The notes: generated by a model from the letters alone, not told the origin. Positions 27,663-37,857 are shown, counted from the stretch's first letter. The stretch is 64,000 nucleotides of DNA from Oceanispirochaeta sp. (GCA_963666275.2 CAXXOA010000002.1:1248001-1312000); one strand, 5' to 3'. Translations and numbers: made by a program.

Positions 27663-30284
27663 TTACTGATAGCTCACAGGTTCGGGGACAGGGAAATCCA
27701 GCCCCCCTGCTGTATGGAGGGTTATGTAATAGGCCGTCCCTTTTTTAAGACCCGCATGGGAAAACCTCTGGTTGTTGATGACAATGGGATCTTCCATCTC
27801 ACCGATGCGGAAACCTTCCATCAGGGCCGCAGAGGATTTTCTGTCGGGAGTCTCAAAGAACTCCAGGGTAACGTCCTCTTTCGGATCCAGATCTTTGACA
27901 ACCAGGGACAGGATGGCGGGATCTCCTGAAGCGGCCCGGTCGCAGTACCAGAAGGATTCCTGAATTTCAGGATAGGTTACCCGGACCGGTTCTCCCGTCA
28001 GAGGGGCTGTGTAGGAGGAATCTATGGTATAGACGAACCAGAGGTCCGAGATCTCATTGGCTTCTCTTGTATCAACGGGACTCCAGGTCAATTCCGCCTT
28101 TCCTCCGTTTACGGGGGCTGTCAGGTTCCCCACAGCTTCTTTCACAAGATCTCCCTGTGAATTGCACTGGTTTATCCGGACTTCCAGAACTGTGCCGTCG
28201 GGTATGTTTTCTGTCCCGCAGAGGATCTTAAGAACCGGCTTTTCCCCTTCTGTCCGGAACTCCCAGCGGGACTCGCGTATTCCCGGCACCGGTCGGGTCC
28301 GGGCCAGAAAGAGCCGGTCCTCTTCTTCTATATGACCGTAGAAGTTCGGGGACACTTCTCCCCGGGAGGGCTTGAGGACCAGGGCGGACTCTCCCAGAGG
28401 ATAGGAGAGGAACTTCCACTTGTCGTTGATTTTTGTCCAGTGGCAGAGGGCTCCCGTCTCGTTGGTAAAAAGGAGCTGCCGCCCGTACCTTTTATCGGTA
28501 ATGGAGAGGCGGGAAATCAGATGATCTCCCGTCTCAATTTCATGGGTCAGTTCATAGCTGTTCCAGTCGAAATAGAGGAGACGTCCGTCCGAGGTCCCCG
28601 CGGCCAGAACAGATGCTTCAGAGGAGAGGTCGGCGGACAGGAGAAAACTGCGATGCCCGAAGTTCCCCAGTTCCGCTGATTCAGCCAGGACTCCCGGGGA
28701 TGTCTCTCTGTAGATTCTGCCGTCCGCCTTGATAAGAAGAAATTTTCCCTCTTCCATGGCGTAATAGATGTCCCGCTTTGTGGAGACAGACTCTTTTCTC
28801 TCCCACACTCTGGTTCGTTCATTCATATCATAGCACTCATAAAAATCATTCCCGTCTGTCAGGAGCAGGTGGGTTTCATCCAGGGAATACAGAGCATCAT
28901 TGCGATAGCCCTTTTCTACAGAAACACTCTCAATCGGACTGTCCTTCTTCTTCCACTGCCAGATTTTCAGACTCTGTTCGGTATTGGTATATTCGTAGCT
29001 CACAAGGGCATCCAGAGCCTCCGAGTAGGCCATCCCCCGGATCTCTCCCTCCGCCTCTCTGCGGTTTTTTTCAGTCATGGAAGATGTATTTACAACCCGC
29101 AGGGATTTTTCGGTTCCCACAAAAAGGGTGTCCTGGGCCTTATTCAGAGAGAGGAAACGGACCGGTTCATCCAACTCATAAATTTTCCGGGGATTGCCGT
29201 TGCTTGTCTGCCAGGACCGGACTGTCTTTCCTCCCTTCTGGGCTGTGAAAAATTGGCCTTTCCTGTCCGCAGATACCATAAGATCGGTCTGTGAAATTTT
29301 TACCTCACCCAGAACCAGGGGGAGGGAATCTTCTGCTGAAGGGTCTGCATAAAAATAGAGATCTCCCCTGGAGGATGTCACAGCCAGGGTTTCCCGGTCG
29401 GGGAAGAAAATCTTTCTCCCACTCTCTGCCAGCAGATCCGGATGGAGTGTATTTACCTCTTTCAGCTCCCTGTCAAAGAGATGGACTGCATCATTTGTGA
29501 CCGCAAAATAGGAGCCGCCGGTGAAGTGAATTTCTCCCCTCAGATCGGAAAAGCGGGTCATCCCCGTGTCAGCCGCGGTGTAATAGAACATGTCCCTGTA
29601 CTCGTTGTTCAGCACCAGATCCTTATCCAGCGGCCAGAGGTAATCTCTATAGCCTATTGCTTCCATACTCAGGTTCCGGACATCCAGGGTACCGTCTGAA
29701 AGGTTGATCCATCCTATGCTCTTTCCGTCGGTAAAAAGAAGCTGATCATCCTTCCTTGTGACATGCCAGTCATGTCCCCAGCTTTCGGGAAAAACTTTAT
29801 CCATTTCCACGAGCCAGATCTTCTCCATGGTTTCCGTATTCAGGGCCAGGACATACTTGTTGTTGATGAGGATCATTTGGGATCCCCATAAAAAAGGTTG
29901 GCATCCGGACAGATAGGTCTGGAAGTGTTCCTTGGACTCTGCCACAGTCAGGCCGCTCGCCACATCCACCTTGAAAATCCTGTCGGAAGAGTCTGTGACA
30001 AGGAGATTTCTCCCGTCTTCGGTCAGAAGAGCGCTGGTAAGGTTCTGTCTGAATGAAAAGGCGTCTATGAGCTCACCCGTCTCCAGGTTCCAGAGTCTGA
30101 TCGTCTTATCCGATGAGGAGGATACCAGTGTGTTCTTCTGACGGGTTACAGAATTGATAGTTCCTGTATGACCTGTTTTCAGAAGGTAGGTATCAAAGAT
30201 ATCCGGATTCTCTGAATCAGCGAAAACAGAAAGCAGACTGGTTAGGGATAGCAGCAGGGGCAGGAGAATTTTCTTTACAAACAT
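27663..30284 (-). CDS. Secreted WD40/beta-propeller protein with C-terminal beta-sandwich repeats
   Basis: Signal peptide; GHTGTINSV...VSSSSDKTIRLWNLETGE; further degenerate blades. Confidence 0.8.
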   Translation of the reverse strand: MFVKKILLPLLLSLTSLLSVFADSENPDIFDTYLLKTGHTGTINSVTRQKNTLVSSSSDKTIRLWNLETGELIDAFSFRQNLTSALLTEDGRNLLVTDSSDRIFKVDVASGLTVAESKEHFQTYLSGCQPFLWGSQMILINNKYVLALNTETMEKIWLVEMDKVFPESWGHDWHVTRKDDQLLFTDGKSIGWINLSDGTLDVRNLSMEAIGYRDYLWPLDKDLVLNNEYRDMFYYTAADTGMTRFSDLRGEIHFTGGSYFAVTNDAVHLFDRELKEVNTLHPDLLAESGRKIFFPDRETLAVTSSRGDLYFYADPSAEDSLPLVLGEVKISQTDLMVSADRKGQFFTAQKGGKTVRSWQTSNGNPRKIYELDEPVRFLSLNKAQDTLFVGTEKSLRVVNTSSMTEKNRREAEGEIRGMAYSEALDALVSYEYTNTEQSLKIWQWKKKDSPIESVSVEKGYRNDALYSLDETHLLLTDGNDFYECYDMNERTRVWERKESVSTKRDIYYAMEEGKFLLIKADGRIYRETSPGVLAESAELGNFGHRSFLLSADLSSEASVLAAGTSDGRLLYFDWNSYELTHEIETGDHLISRLSITDKRYGRQLLFTNETGALCHWTKINDKWKFLSYPLGESALVLKPSRGEVSPNFYGHIEEEDRLFLARTRPVPGIRESRWEFRTEGEKPVLKILCGTENIPDGTVLEVRINQCNSQGDLVKEAVGNLTAPVNGGKAELTWSPVDTREANEISDLWFVYTIDSSYTAPLTGEPVRVTYPEIQESFWYCDRAASGDPAILSLVVKDLDPKEDVTLEFFETPDRKSSAALMEGFRIGEMEDPIVINNQRFSHAGLKKGTAYYITLHTAGGLDFPVPEPVSYQ

Positions 30285-30302
30285 CAATACAGTTCCTTTT
30301 TT

Positions 30303-31490
30303 TTATTGTTGTGGCCTGGGCATTCTGATAAGCACATAGGCTCTCTGGGTATTCTGGTCGTAGAAAGATTCGGCAATCTCATAGTCGACAGCTTCTTTCG
30401 ATGATTCTGTGATCCTGTCCTGCAGGACCCGGGTGGAGTCGTCTTCTCTGTCCAGAAACTCCGACTGTACTCTTACATTTATCTGGCTGGACAGGACGGA
30501 GGCGGCAATGGTTTCCGCCATTTTCAGAGCTCCGTTTCTGTCCGGCAGGGTCCGGCATCCCGCAGCATACCACCACTGGGGATCAGAAGGAGGATTTATA
30601 TACCAGTCCGGATAGGATCTGGAGGCCCTGTCCGATTCAGCCCGGCTTTTCAGGGTCACCGTAAAATCCTCATAGGAGGCCTCATTGACCAGAGACATCT
30701 CCTGAGTGTTCAGAACCGTACCGCTGAAGGAGGTCTTCGGCTGTATCTGGCCCTCCCTGGTCTGGGCGAAATCGTCATAGAAGGAGATATTAATACTACC
30801 GTCGGCATTGATTTTTCCTTCTGTCACAATAGCCGCGTTGTGTAGGGCCTGGACAATCGGAGGTGCATCGGTCTGTCCTGTAATAACTTCCGTGGCAATT
30901 TCCAGCGAAGAGAGGAAGGTACCGTCCGGATTGACCATAAGGGGCCAGCCCTCATAGGGGGATCCTTCACTGACTTTGAGTTTCAGAAGCAGGAACCCGT
31001 CCTGAAAAGACGCTGTCATCTCATCTCCCCGGCTGTTCTCAAGCTGATAGACCAGGCTGCTGTCCATGGCTGCCCTATCCCGGCGGCCTGTTTTTTCAAG
31101 GATTCCAGAAAAAATTGTGTATTTCAGCTGACCGTAGTGTTCCAGGTAGCCGGTCCAGCTGAGTTCTCCCGACCGTCTATTGAAAAGGCCTGTCACCGTG
31201 GGGTTTTCCCGGCAGGAAATTTCCCCTTTTCTGCTGATGTCAAAGGAGAGCAGTTCCACAGGGTCCATAAAACTGTCCTCTTCAATATTTATAACCACTC
31301 CTTTATAGGTTTCTACAGTCTGCTGCCGTATATCCAGACCCACAGACGCGTACTGCTGTTCCATTTCGGGAAAGGAAGTGGTTTTAGAATAGTCCAGAAC
31401 ATAGATGCCGTCGGACAGGGCGAAAAGGGGCAGGGACAATCCGCATAAAAGGATCAGGCAACAGGGAAGGGTGTATTTCAGATATCTCAA
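30303..31490 (-). CDS. Exported protein with C-terminal LPP20-like domain
   Basis: Signal peptide; C-terminal YPDWYINPP...WYAAG...A...LSSQINVRVQS...YVLIRM pattern; TTG start with GGAG SD. Confidence 0.6.
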   Translation of the reverse strand: MRYLKYTLPCCLILLCGLSLPLFALSDGIYVLDYSKTTSFPEMEQQYASVGLDIRQQTVETYKGVVINIEEDSFMDPVELLSFDISRKGEISCRENPTVTGLFNRRSGELSWTGYLEHYGQLKYTIFSGILEKTGRRDRAAMDSSLVYQLENSRGDEMTASFQDGFLLLKLKVSEGSPYEGWPLMVNPDGTFLSSLEIATEVITGQTDAPPIVQALHNAAIVTEGKINADGSINISFYDDFAQTREGQIQPKTSFSGTVLNTQEMSLVNEASYEDFTVTLKSRAESDRASRSYPDWYINPPSDPQWWYAAGCRTLPDRNGALKMAETIAASVLSSQINVRVQSEFLDREDDSTRVLQDRITESSKEAVDYEIAESFYDQNTQRAYVLIRMPRPQQ

Positions 31491-31705
31491 TAGGGTCTCC
31501 AGTATTTTCTTACTCGGTAGATAACTGTATGTTTCACTGCAGAACAGAAATCGTTTTTCTGCAGAAAAAGATAAAACAGGGAATTAATACAAAACAATAA
31601 TTTACGTATAGTGTCAATCGGTTTGAAGGGAAAATGGGTTTGAAGCGGGGTGTGGATTGTATCTTCTGGATTACTGATGAATAATAACCTCAGGAGAATG
31701 AAAAT

Positions 31706-32002
31706 ATGGAAAAAGAATTTGTTGTCATTGCTGAGTTTTTTATTAAGCCAGGCAGCATGGAAAAATTCCTTGAGCTGGCTCTGGAAGATTCGAAAAAGTC
31801 TGTAGGGAATGAAGAAGGCTGTCTGGGATTTGATGTGCTTGTTCCCCGGAACAAGGAAAACGTGGTCATCTTATATGAGACATATAAAAATAAAGAGGCC
31901 TTTGAAGTTCATAAAACCATGCCCCATTACAAACCCTTTGTGGAGGGGATCCCTTCGCTCCTTTCAAAGGAACGGACTGTCCGGTTTCTGTCGGAGTATT
32001 AG
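31706..32002 (+). CDS. Antibiotic-biosynthesis monooxygenase (ABM)/quinol monooxygenase-family protein
   Basis: IKPG...F...EEGCLGFDV...LYETY...AFEVHKTMPHY; AGGAG SD. Confidence 0.9.
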   Translation: MEKEFVVIAEFFIKPGSMEKFLELALEDSKKSVGNEEGCLGFDVLVPRNKENVVILYETYKNKEAFEVHKTMPHYKPFVEGIPSLLSKERTVRFLSEY

Positions 32003-32415
32003 GACGTTTCAGAATTCCTTTCCCTGCAAACAGTATCTCATTACACAATCCAGGGTTTTAACCGGAACACCTGATAGAGAGTCCCGGATAAACCAGGCAT
32101 TACCGACCTGAGATCTCTCCTTCCATAGAGATATTTCCCAGGCATGGCTGTGAAAGCCGGCAGAGCCCGGGGGGGGAATCTCTCCGTCTCCCCAGAACAC
32201 AGAGGCTCCATACTTACATTCCAGTTCGCCCGCACAGATTCTGCATCCTTCAGGATGTCCTCATCCTGTGATACTTTTTTCCATCAGAAGGGAATTGAAT
32301 TGTCTTTAATGGATAAATATATAAAATAAATTTGTACCTTACAGCCAGTGACTTGAGGTCCTCTGTCTTCTAAAATCGGTAAATATATATCTATAAATAA
32401 GTATTGGAGAAAGCA

Positions 32416-34305
32416 ATGAAATCTATTTTAAGGAGCTTAGCCGTTCTGCTTCTGACAGCGGCTGTATTTTCCGGCTGCAGCAGCGGAAAGATGAAAGATG
32501 GTACCTATGTTTCATCGGCAGATGGCCATAATGGACCTATAAAAGTTGAAACAGTGATCAAAGACGGCGCCATATCAGAAATACATATTCTGGAGCATAA
32601 GGAAACTTCCGGTATAAGCGATGGAGCAATCGAGAGGATTCCCCATGCAATCATAGAAAATCAATCTCTGGCGATTGATACTGTTTCCGGAGCGACCATG
32701 GTCAGCAAAGGTATCATTGCGGGTGTTGCCGAAAGCATCAGAAAAGCCGGCGGTGATGTAGACAAGCTTATGGTGCCTCTTTCGAAACAAGATGTAAAGA
32801 CTGAAGAGTTCGAGGCAGATGTTATTGTTATCGGAGCTGGAGGAGCGGGAGCTGCCGCAGCTGTTACTGCTGCAGAAGGAGGTAAGAAAGTTCTTCTCCT
32901 TGAAAAAGCGGGCAATCCCGGTGGTACGACAATCATGGCGTCCGGCTTGTTCGCAACGGATTCCTATCAGCAGAAAGCCATGGGTATTTCCGTTCCCACG
33001 GATGAGGTCTATCAGGAATGGCAGGAGTATTGCAGTTGGTTGAATGATCCGGTGCTGACCTGGAACTTCTTCAAAAAATCTGCTTCCACTATCGAATGGC
33101 TGGAAGAACGGGGGTATGAACTGGAGCTGGTAGCCAATGTTCAGAAGGTTCATGAAGGACAATGGCAAACTTATCATGCCTTTAAAGATGAAACCAAAAA
33201 AATGGACTACCTGAAAAACCTTCTTTCCCTGGTTGAAAAGAATGGTGGAACCATAATGTATGAAACCCGTGCGCTTAGATTGCTTCAAACCGATGGTATT
33301 GTTACTGGAGTTGAGGCGCAGAAAGCAGACGGAACAGTTCTGTATGCAAATGCTGAAGCTGTAGTTCTGGCTACAGGCGGTTTCGGCGCCAGCGTGGAAG
33401 TCATGAACCGGGTTACCGGTGGAGCCCATTTCAGCCTGCTGAATTCAGGAACACAGACTGGTGATGCTATTGCAATGGCTACATCGGTAGGAGGTGATGA
33501 CCTTGCCGGTGCTTTTCCTCACTCTCATGGCGTGGACATGCCCTTCGATATTATCAATGCAGCCGGCATAATTGATGACAGGGGAGCCCGGGGAGGCATA
33601 GAATCGGTGAACCACTTTGCCAACTACCCGGGTGCTCTCTGGGTCGGAACTGGTAGCAGGCGGTTTGCTTCTGAAGCTATTTGCTATGATAGTGCTCTGG
33701 TTGCAAATGCTACCTATGCGGCCGGGGGAAACTACTATGTTATCGTCGATCAGAAAAGTGTCGATGCCCTGGAAGAAGGCGGCTCTGGTATGCTTGGCAT
33801 CAATATGAGTCCTGAACGTCTGGCCGGTCAGGAATTGGCTCCCACCAGAACTCCCTGGACAGATTTGACAAAACAGTTCGAGACAGCCATTGAACTGGGC
33901 GGTGCCTTCAAAGGGAACTCCATAAAAGAGCTGGCTGAAGCGATCGGGATAGATGCGGAAACTTTGGAAAAAACTGTGGACAGCTACAATGAAATCTGCA
34001 AATCAGGTGTTGATGAACAGTATCAGAAAGATCCGATGTATCTGATCCCTGTCTCTGAAGGTCCTTACTATGCAGTAAAAGGGCAGACTGTCGCACTGGG
34101 AGGATTGGGTGGTATTAGAACGAATTCCCGTCTCAATGTAACCAGAGCCGACGGAAGTATTATTCCGGGCCTATACGCCGCGGGCAATGATGTTAATGAA
34201 ATCTATAATAATGTTTATCCTCTTATCGAGGGAGTTACCTGTGGTTGGGCATTCAACTCCGGCCGTATGGCGGGAGAAGCCCTGCTGGAAGATTTATCCA
34301 AATAA
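32416..34305 (+). CDS. Second lipoprotein flavocytochrome-c-type FAD reductase with FMN-binding (flavinylation) domain
   Basis: Lipobox FSGC; DTVSGAT; VIVIGAGGAG; LATGGF; GLYAAGND. Confidence 0.9.
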   Translation: MKSILRSLAVLLLTAAVFSGCSSGKMKDGTYVSSADGHNGPIKVETVIKDGAISEIHILEHKETSGISDGAIERIPHAIIENQSLAIDTVSGATMVSKGIIAGVAESIRKAGGDVDKLMVPLSKQDVKTEEFEADVIVIGAGGAGAAAAVTAAEGGKKVLLLEKAGNPGGTTIMASGLFATDSYQQKAMGISVPTDEVYQEWQEYCSWLNDPVLTWNFFKKSASTIEWLEERGYELELVANVQKVHEGQWQTYHAFKDETKKMDYLKNLLSLVEKNGGTIMYETRALRLLQTDGIVTGVEAQKADGTVLYANAEAVVLATGGFGASVEVMNRVTGGAHFSLLNSGTQTGDAIAMATSVGGDDLAGAFPHSHGVDMPFDIINAAGIIDDRGARGGIESVNHFANYPGALWVGTGSRRFASEAICYDSALVANATYAAGGNYYVIVDQKSVDALEEGGSGMLGINMSPERLAGQELAPTRTPWTDLTKQFETAIELGGAFKGNSIKELAEAIGIDAETLEKTVDSYNEICKSGVDEQYQKDPMYLIPVSEGPYYAVKGQTVALGGLGGIRTNSRLNVTRADGSIIPGLYAAGNDVNEIYNNVYPLIEGVTCGWAFNSGRMAGEALLEDLSK

Positions 34306-34319
34306 TTTTTTGTAAATCC

Positions 34320-34352
34320 GCAGGCAGGAACTCTTGCTCCTGCCTGCGCTTC
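34320..34352 (+). terminator. Hairpin/terminator after the reductase gene
   Basis: GCAGGCAGGA-N8-TCCTGCCTGC. Confidence 0.55.
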
Positions 34353-34371
34353 TCTATAGGTTTTAATCAGT

Positions 34372-35592
34372 ATGAATTCTGATCAACCACCATCCGATTC
34401 TCAGATGCATAAGGCTGGGGAGATATTCCTCAATTGTCTTGCACAGGGAGTTGGAATCAAAGGTCTTTTAAAAAGTGCTTTTGAACTTTTACAAATGCCC
34501 ATGCATATTCTGGATCCATCTTTTCTTGAACTTGAAAGGATCGGAGGGGAAGATCTTCAGGATCTCCGCTGGCTGGAATACCGTGATACCGGCTATATTT
34601 CAGAAGTTCAACTCAGGCGTCTCAGAACCTCCGGTTTTCTTGAAAAGGTACAGACTGCCGGCGAACCCGTAGTCGATAAAAGCATTCCGGGAATGGATGT
34701 GATAGGATGCGATGTTTATGCACGGGGTAAGCTGCTGGCACGATTGGGGATATGGTGTATCCGGCCCTACACACAGGACGACCTTGCCATTGTGAAGGTT
34801 TTCGGTAAAGCGCTTTCAGCGGAACTGCAGAAAAGCCATCCGTCCTACCTGGATCTGAACAGGCAGAGCGAATACTTTCTGAATAAAATTATATCAAACC
34901 AAATCGAGACGGATGATATGGTCAACGCTCTGGCGGAACGCTACAATGTGAAAAAAACTCCACAGATGAGACTTTTCCTTGTCCGACAGGAAACCGGAGG
35001 GGATGGTGTCAGCACTCCAGAGTATCAGAAAAACCGTCTGGGACGGCAGAGGTTTGCCCTTATGGCTTCCAGCCTGAGAGGACTCGTTGCCGTTGTTATC
35101 GATAATAAAGGGTTTTCAACCTGGATGGAGTCCTTCCCTTTTTCTCCTCACTTCGGGGAGCTTCTATGTGGTATCAGCAGAGAGTTTCACAGTCTCGAGA
35201 GCCTCTTTGAAGCCTACAGGGAAGCAGAGGCCGCTTTACGGTTCGGAGAGGGCAAACAGGTTTGCACATTGTATGATGAGGTTTTCTTTTTTGATCTTCT
35301 CTCTTTGAGCGGCAATACAAGAGGAGATATACAGAAATTATGCTCTCCCAGTATATTAAAGCTCAAGGAGAGAGACGATTCCACAGGTAGTTCTTTAATG
35401 GAAACTCTTGAGGTATATATTCTGAACTCCGGGAATATGAAAAAAACAGCGGAGTCCTTGAACATCCATTACAATACGATGAAATACAGGATGGAAACTA
35501 TTAAGCAGACTCCTGGACTAGAGTCTTTGTCCTATCTGGAACTGTTTAAAGCCTATCTTTCCATACTCATGCTGAAAAAGAATTCAGGGTAA
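34372..35592 (+). CDS. PucR/CdaR-family transcriptional regulator
   Basis: CGIS...AYREA..AL; C-terminal LMETLEVYI...KTAESLNIHYNTMKYRM HTH. Confidence 0.9.
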   Translation: MNSDQPPSDSQMHKAGEIFLNCLAQGVGIKGLLKSAFELLQMPMHILDPSFLELERIGGEDLQDLRWLEYRDTGYISEVQLRRLRTSGFLEKVQTAGEPVVDKSIPGMDVIGCDVYARGKLLARLGIWCIRPYTQDDLAIVKVFGKALSAELQKSHPSYLDLNRQSEYFLNKIISNQIETDDMVNALAERYNVKKTPQMRLFLVRQETGGDGVSTPEYQKNRLGRQRFALMASSLRGLVAVVIDNKGFSTWMESFPFSPHFGELLCGISREFHSLESLFEAYREAEAALRFGEGKQVCTLYDEVFFFDLLSLSGNTRGDIQKLCSPSILKLKERDDSTGSSLMETLEVYILNSGNMKKTAESLNIHYNTMKYRMETIKQTPGLESLSYLELFKAYLSILMLKKNSG

Positions 35593-35761
35593 AGGTTCTG
35601 ATACAGTCCCGGGTTTACAGGATTGGAATCAATAATCTGGTGAGAGGGGAAAATTAAGACAGCTCCGTTCTGAATCAGCGTCGGAGATATCCCCGGTTCA
35701 ATATTGAACTAAGCGGTTAAATAGGATAAAAAGACCTTTAAACCATTTTCCGGAGCGTCCC

Positions 35762-36355
35762 ATGCAAACCAGTCTTTTCGCCTCAATCATTCAGCTGTTT
35801 TTTATCTTTACCCCCTTCTTTGTTCTGTCTATGTTCCTGTCCATGACGGCTCATCTGGATAAAAGAGAGAAGATTATCCTGATTATGAAAACAACTTTTT
35901 CGGTTGAGGTGATCTGCCTGATCATCATTTTCGGGGGAAGAACAATTTTCTCCCTTTTCGGAATTACTGTGGATGCCTTTAAAACCGGTGCCGGGGCGAT
36001 CCTGTTCTTAAGTGCCGTGGACCTTGTTCAGGGCAAGAATGCCCAGTCCAAAACCATCGATAACGATGATATTTCTGTTGTTCCTCTCTCCATTCCCATC
36101 ATCGTGGGACCGGCGACCACCGGTACTCTGATGGTAATGGGGTCCACCTACAAGACTTCGGGAGATTACATTACAGGATTTATTGCTGTATCCATAGCTG
36201 TTTTTCTGGTGGGACTGATCCTTCTGATTTCCCCCTGGCTGGAAAAGGTTCTGAAGAAAAAAGGGATTACCATACTGAGCCGCCTGACGGGACTGATCCT
36301 GTCGGCTCTGTCGGCACAGATGGTTTTTACAGGGGTTCGGAATCTTCTGAATTAA
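35762..36355 (+). CDS. marC: MarC-family membrane protein
   Basis: FGITVDAFK.GAGAILF, VVPLSIPIIVGPA, SRLTGLILSALS. Confidence 0.92.
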   Translation: MQTSLFASIIQLFFIFTPFFVLSMFLSMTAHLDKREKIILIMKTTFSVEVICLIIIFGGRTIFSLFGITVDAFKTGAGAILFLSAVDLVQGKNAQSKTIDNDDISVVPLSIPIIVGPATTGTLMVMGSTYKTSGDYITGFIAVSIAVFLVGLILLISPWLEKVLKKKGITILSRLTGLILSALSAQMVFTGVRNLLN

Positions 36356-36481
36356 GCGGCCGGGTTGTTTTCAGTCATAGACCGGAGTATTTCTGTACGT
36401 CCCTGTAAGAAACTCATGTAATAGTTTTGATTGGAAAATAGTTGTTCTTTATTAAAAGATGCAGAATCGCAGCATATTAAT

Positions 36482-36510
36482 TTGCACCTTAAAAATCTGA
36501 TCATTAGAAT
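36482..36510 (+). promoter_or_regulatory. sigma70-like promoter of glgC, 7 nt from the ATG
   Basis: TTGCAC (36482-36487)-N17-TAGAAT (36505-36510); ATG at 36518 with no SD. Confidence 0.65.
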
Positions 36511-36517
36511 TATTGAT

Positions 36518-37762
36518 ATGAAAGGAAGAGATCTTGATGCTCTTGTTGTTGTCCTGGCCGGCGGAGAGGGGCAACGGTTAAAACCTCTTACTGAAAAACG
36601 CTTGAAACCTGCTGTTCCCATAGGAGGGAAATTCCGTCTCATTGATATTCCCCTCAGCAATGCCTATCATTCCCGATTCAGGAAAATCCTTATTTTGTCT
36701 CAGGGAAAAGACCGATCTCTGCACAGGCATATAAAGGATACCTGGTCTACAGATGAAAAATCGGACAGTTTTGTGAATTATCTGTCTCCCCAGACTCTGG
36801 GAACCAGTTATGCCGGAGACGCCGACGCTGTGAGGCAGGCTCTGGAGGATATCCAGTATTACGACCCGGATTATGTTCTGGTCGTTCCCGGGGACCATCT
36901 GTTAAGGATGCAGTATTACGATTTCCTGAAGTATCTGGCTGATAATAAAGGGGATGTCCTTATCAGCGTTATTCCCCAGTCTATGGAGAAGGCCGCGGAT
37001 TTCGGTTCTATTCAGATAGGTGAAAACTCCCGTATCATCTCCTTCCGGGAAAAAGACATAAATACCCCCTGGCGGATCGAAGGGACGGATACTTTTTATG
37101 CTTCCATGGGAATTTACGCCTTTAAAAAGGATATCCTGATAGAGGCACTTAAGCATCCGGGAGATCTGTTCGGAAAGAATCTGCTGCCGGAACTGCTTCA
37201 GGACTACAAGGTTTTGGCCTATGATTACTGCAGGCATAATCATATTCCCGAAATCGTCCTTGCGGAACAGGAGGGGCAACTGAAGGAAGTCCGGGAAAAT
37301 TCCAGCAGAGACAGTTGTTACTGGAGAGATGTGGGAACCATCGGAGAATATTTCAGAGCGAATATGGATCTGGTTTCTACCTTCCCCAAATTCAATCTTT
37401 ATAATAGGGAGTGGCCCTTTTTTTCCATGAACAATCATCAGGGGCCGGCCAAGGTGATTAATCCCAATGGGAAAGGTCTGGTGGAAAGCGCCATAATCTG
37501 TGAGGGATCCTTCCTCAGCGATGTGAGAGGAAAGGACCTTGTCATCTCTCCTTCCGTATACATTTCCAATTCTGATCTTGATCAGGTGATCTGTTTCAAC
37601 CGTTGTATTATAAAGGATTGCCGGATTAAACGTACCATTATCGATAAGAATGTAAATATTCAGGGGCTGGAAATCGGCTTTGATGAAGAGGCAGACAGAG
37701 CCCGGGGTATTTACATTGACCCGGATTCGGGCGTTCGGGTTATCAGGATGTTTTTTTCATAA
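36518..37762 (+). CDS. glgC: Glucose-1-phosphate adenylyltransferase (divergent)
   Basis: LAGGEGQRLKPLT..KPAVPIGGKFRLID, GDH, ASMGIY, YWRDVGT, IIDKN. Confidence 0.85.
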   Translation: MKGRDLDALVVVLAGGEGQRLKPLTEKRLKPAVPIGGKFRLIDIPLSNAYHSRFRKILILSQGKDRSLHRHIKDTWSTDEKSDSFVNYLSPQTLGTSYAGDADAVRQALEDIQYYDPDYVLVVPGDHLLRMQYYDFLKYLADNKGDVLISVIPQSMEKAADFGSIQIGENSRIISFREKDINTPWRIEGTDTFYASMGIYAFKKDILIEALKHPGDLFGKNLLPELLQDYKVLAYDYCRHNHIPEIVLAEQEGQLKEVRENSSRDSCYWRDVGTIGEYFRANMDLVSTFPKFNLYNREWPFFSMNNHQGPAKVINPNGKGLVESAIICEGSFLSDVRGKDLVISPSVYISNSDLDQVICFNRCIIKDCRIKRTIIDKNVNIQGLEIGFDEEADRARGIYIDPDSGVRVIRMFFS

Positions 37763-37798
37763 TCAATATCTGATTTTATGATATATTGGGACTCTGCC

Positions 37799-37857
37799 AG
37801 AAAAAGCCCCGGAGACTGTCAGGGAAATAATCCCGTCTCGTCTACAAGGCTTTTTCT
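37799..37857. terminator. Bidirectional terminator-like hairpin between convergent glgC and OmpA genes
   Basis: AGAAAAAGCC...GGCTTTTTCT arms enclosing GAGAC/GTCTC and GGGA/TCCC pairings. Confidence 0.5.

Noticed and set aside
32003..32330. About 330-bp gap with short ORFs and a G8 run (32169-32176); possible decayed gene or phase-variable tract
   Set aside because: No frame gave a recognisable motif or a credible start; cannot be supported without BLASTX.
32330..32376. Possible PucR-type activator site (TTTGTACCTTACAG) upstream of GTGACT-N17-TAAAAT
   Set aside because: Single, weak instance with no second copy to support a motif.
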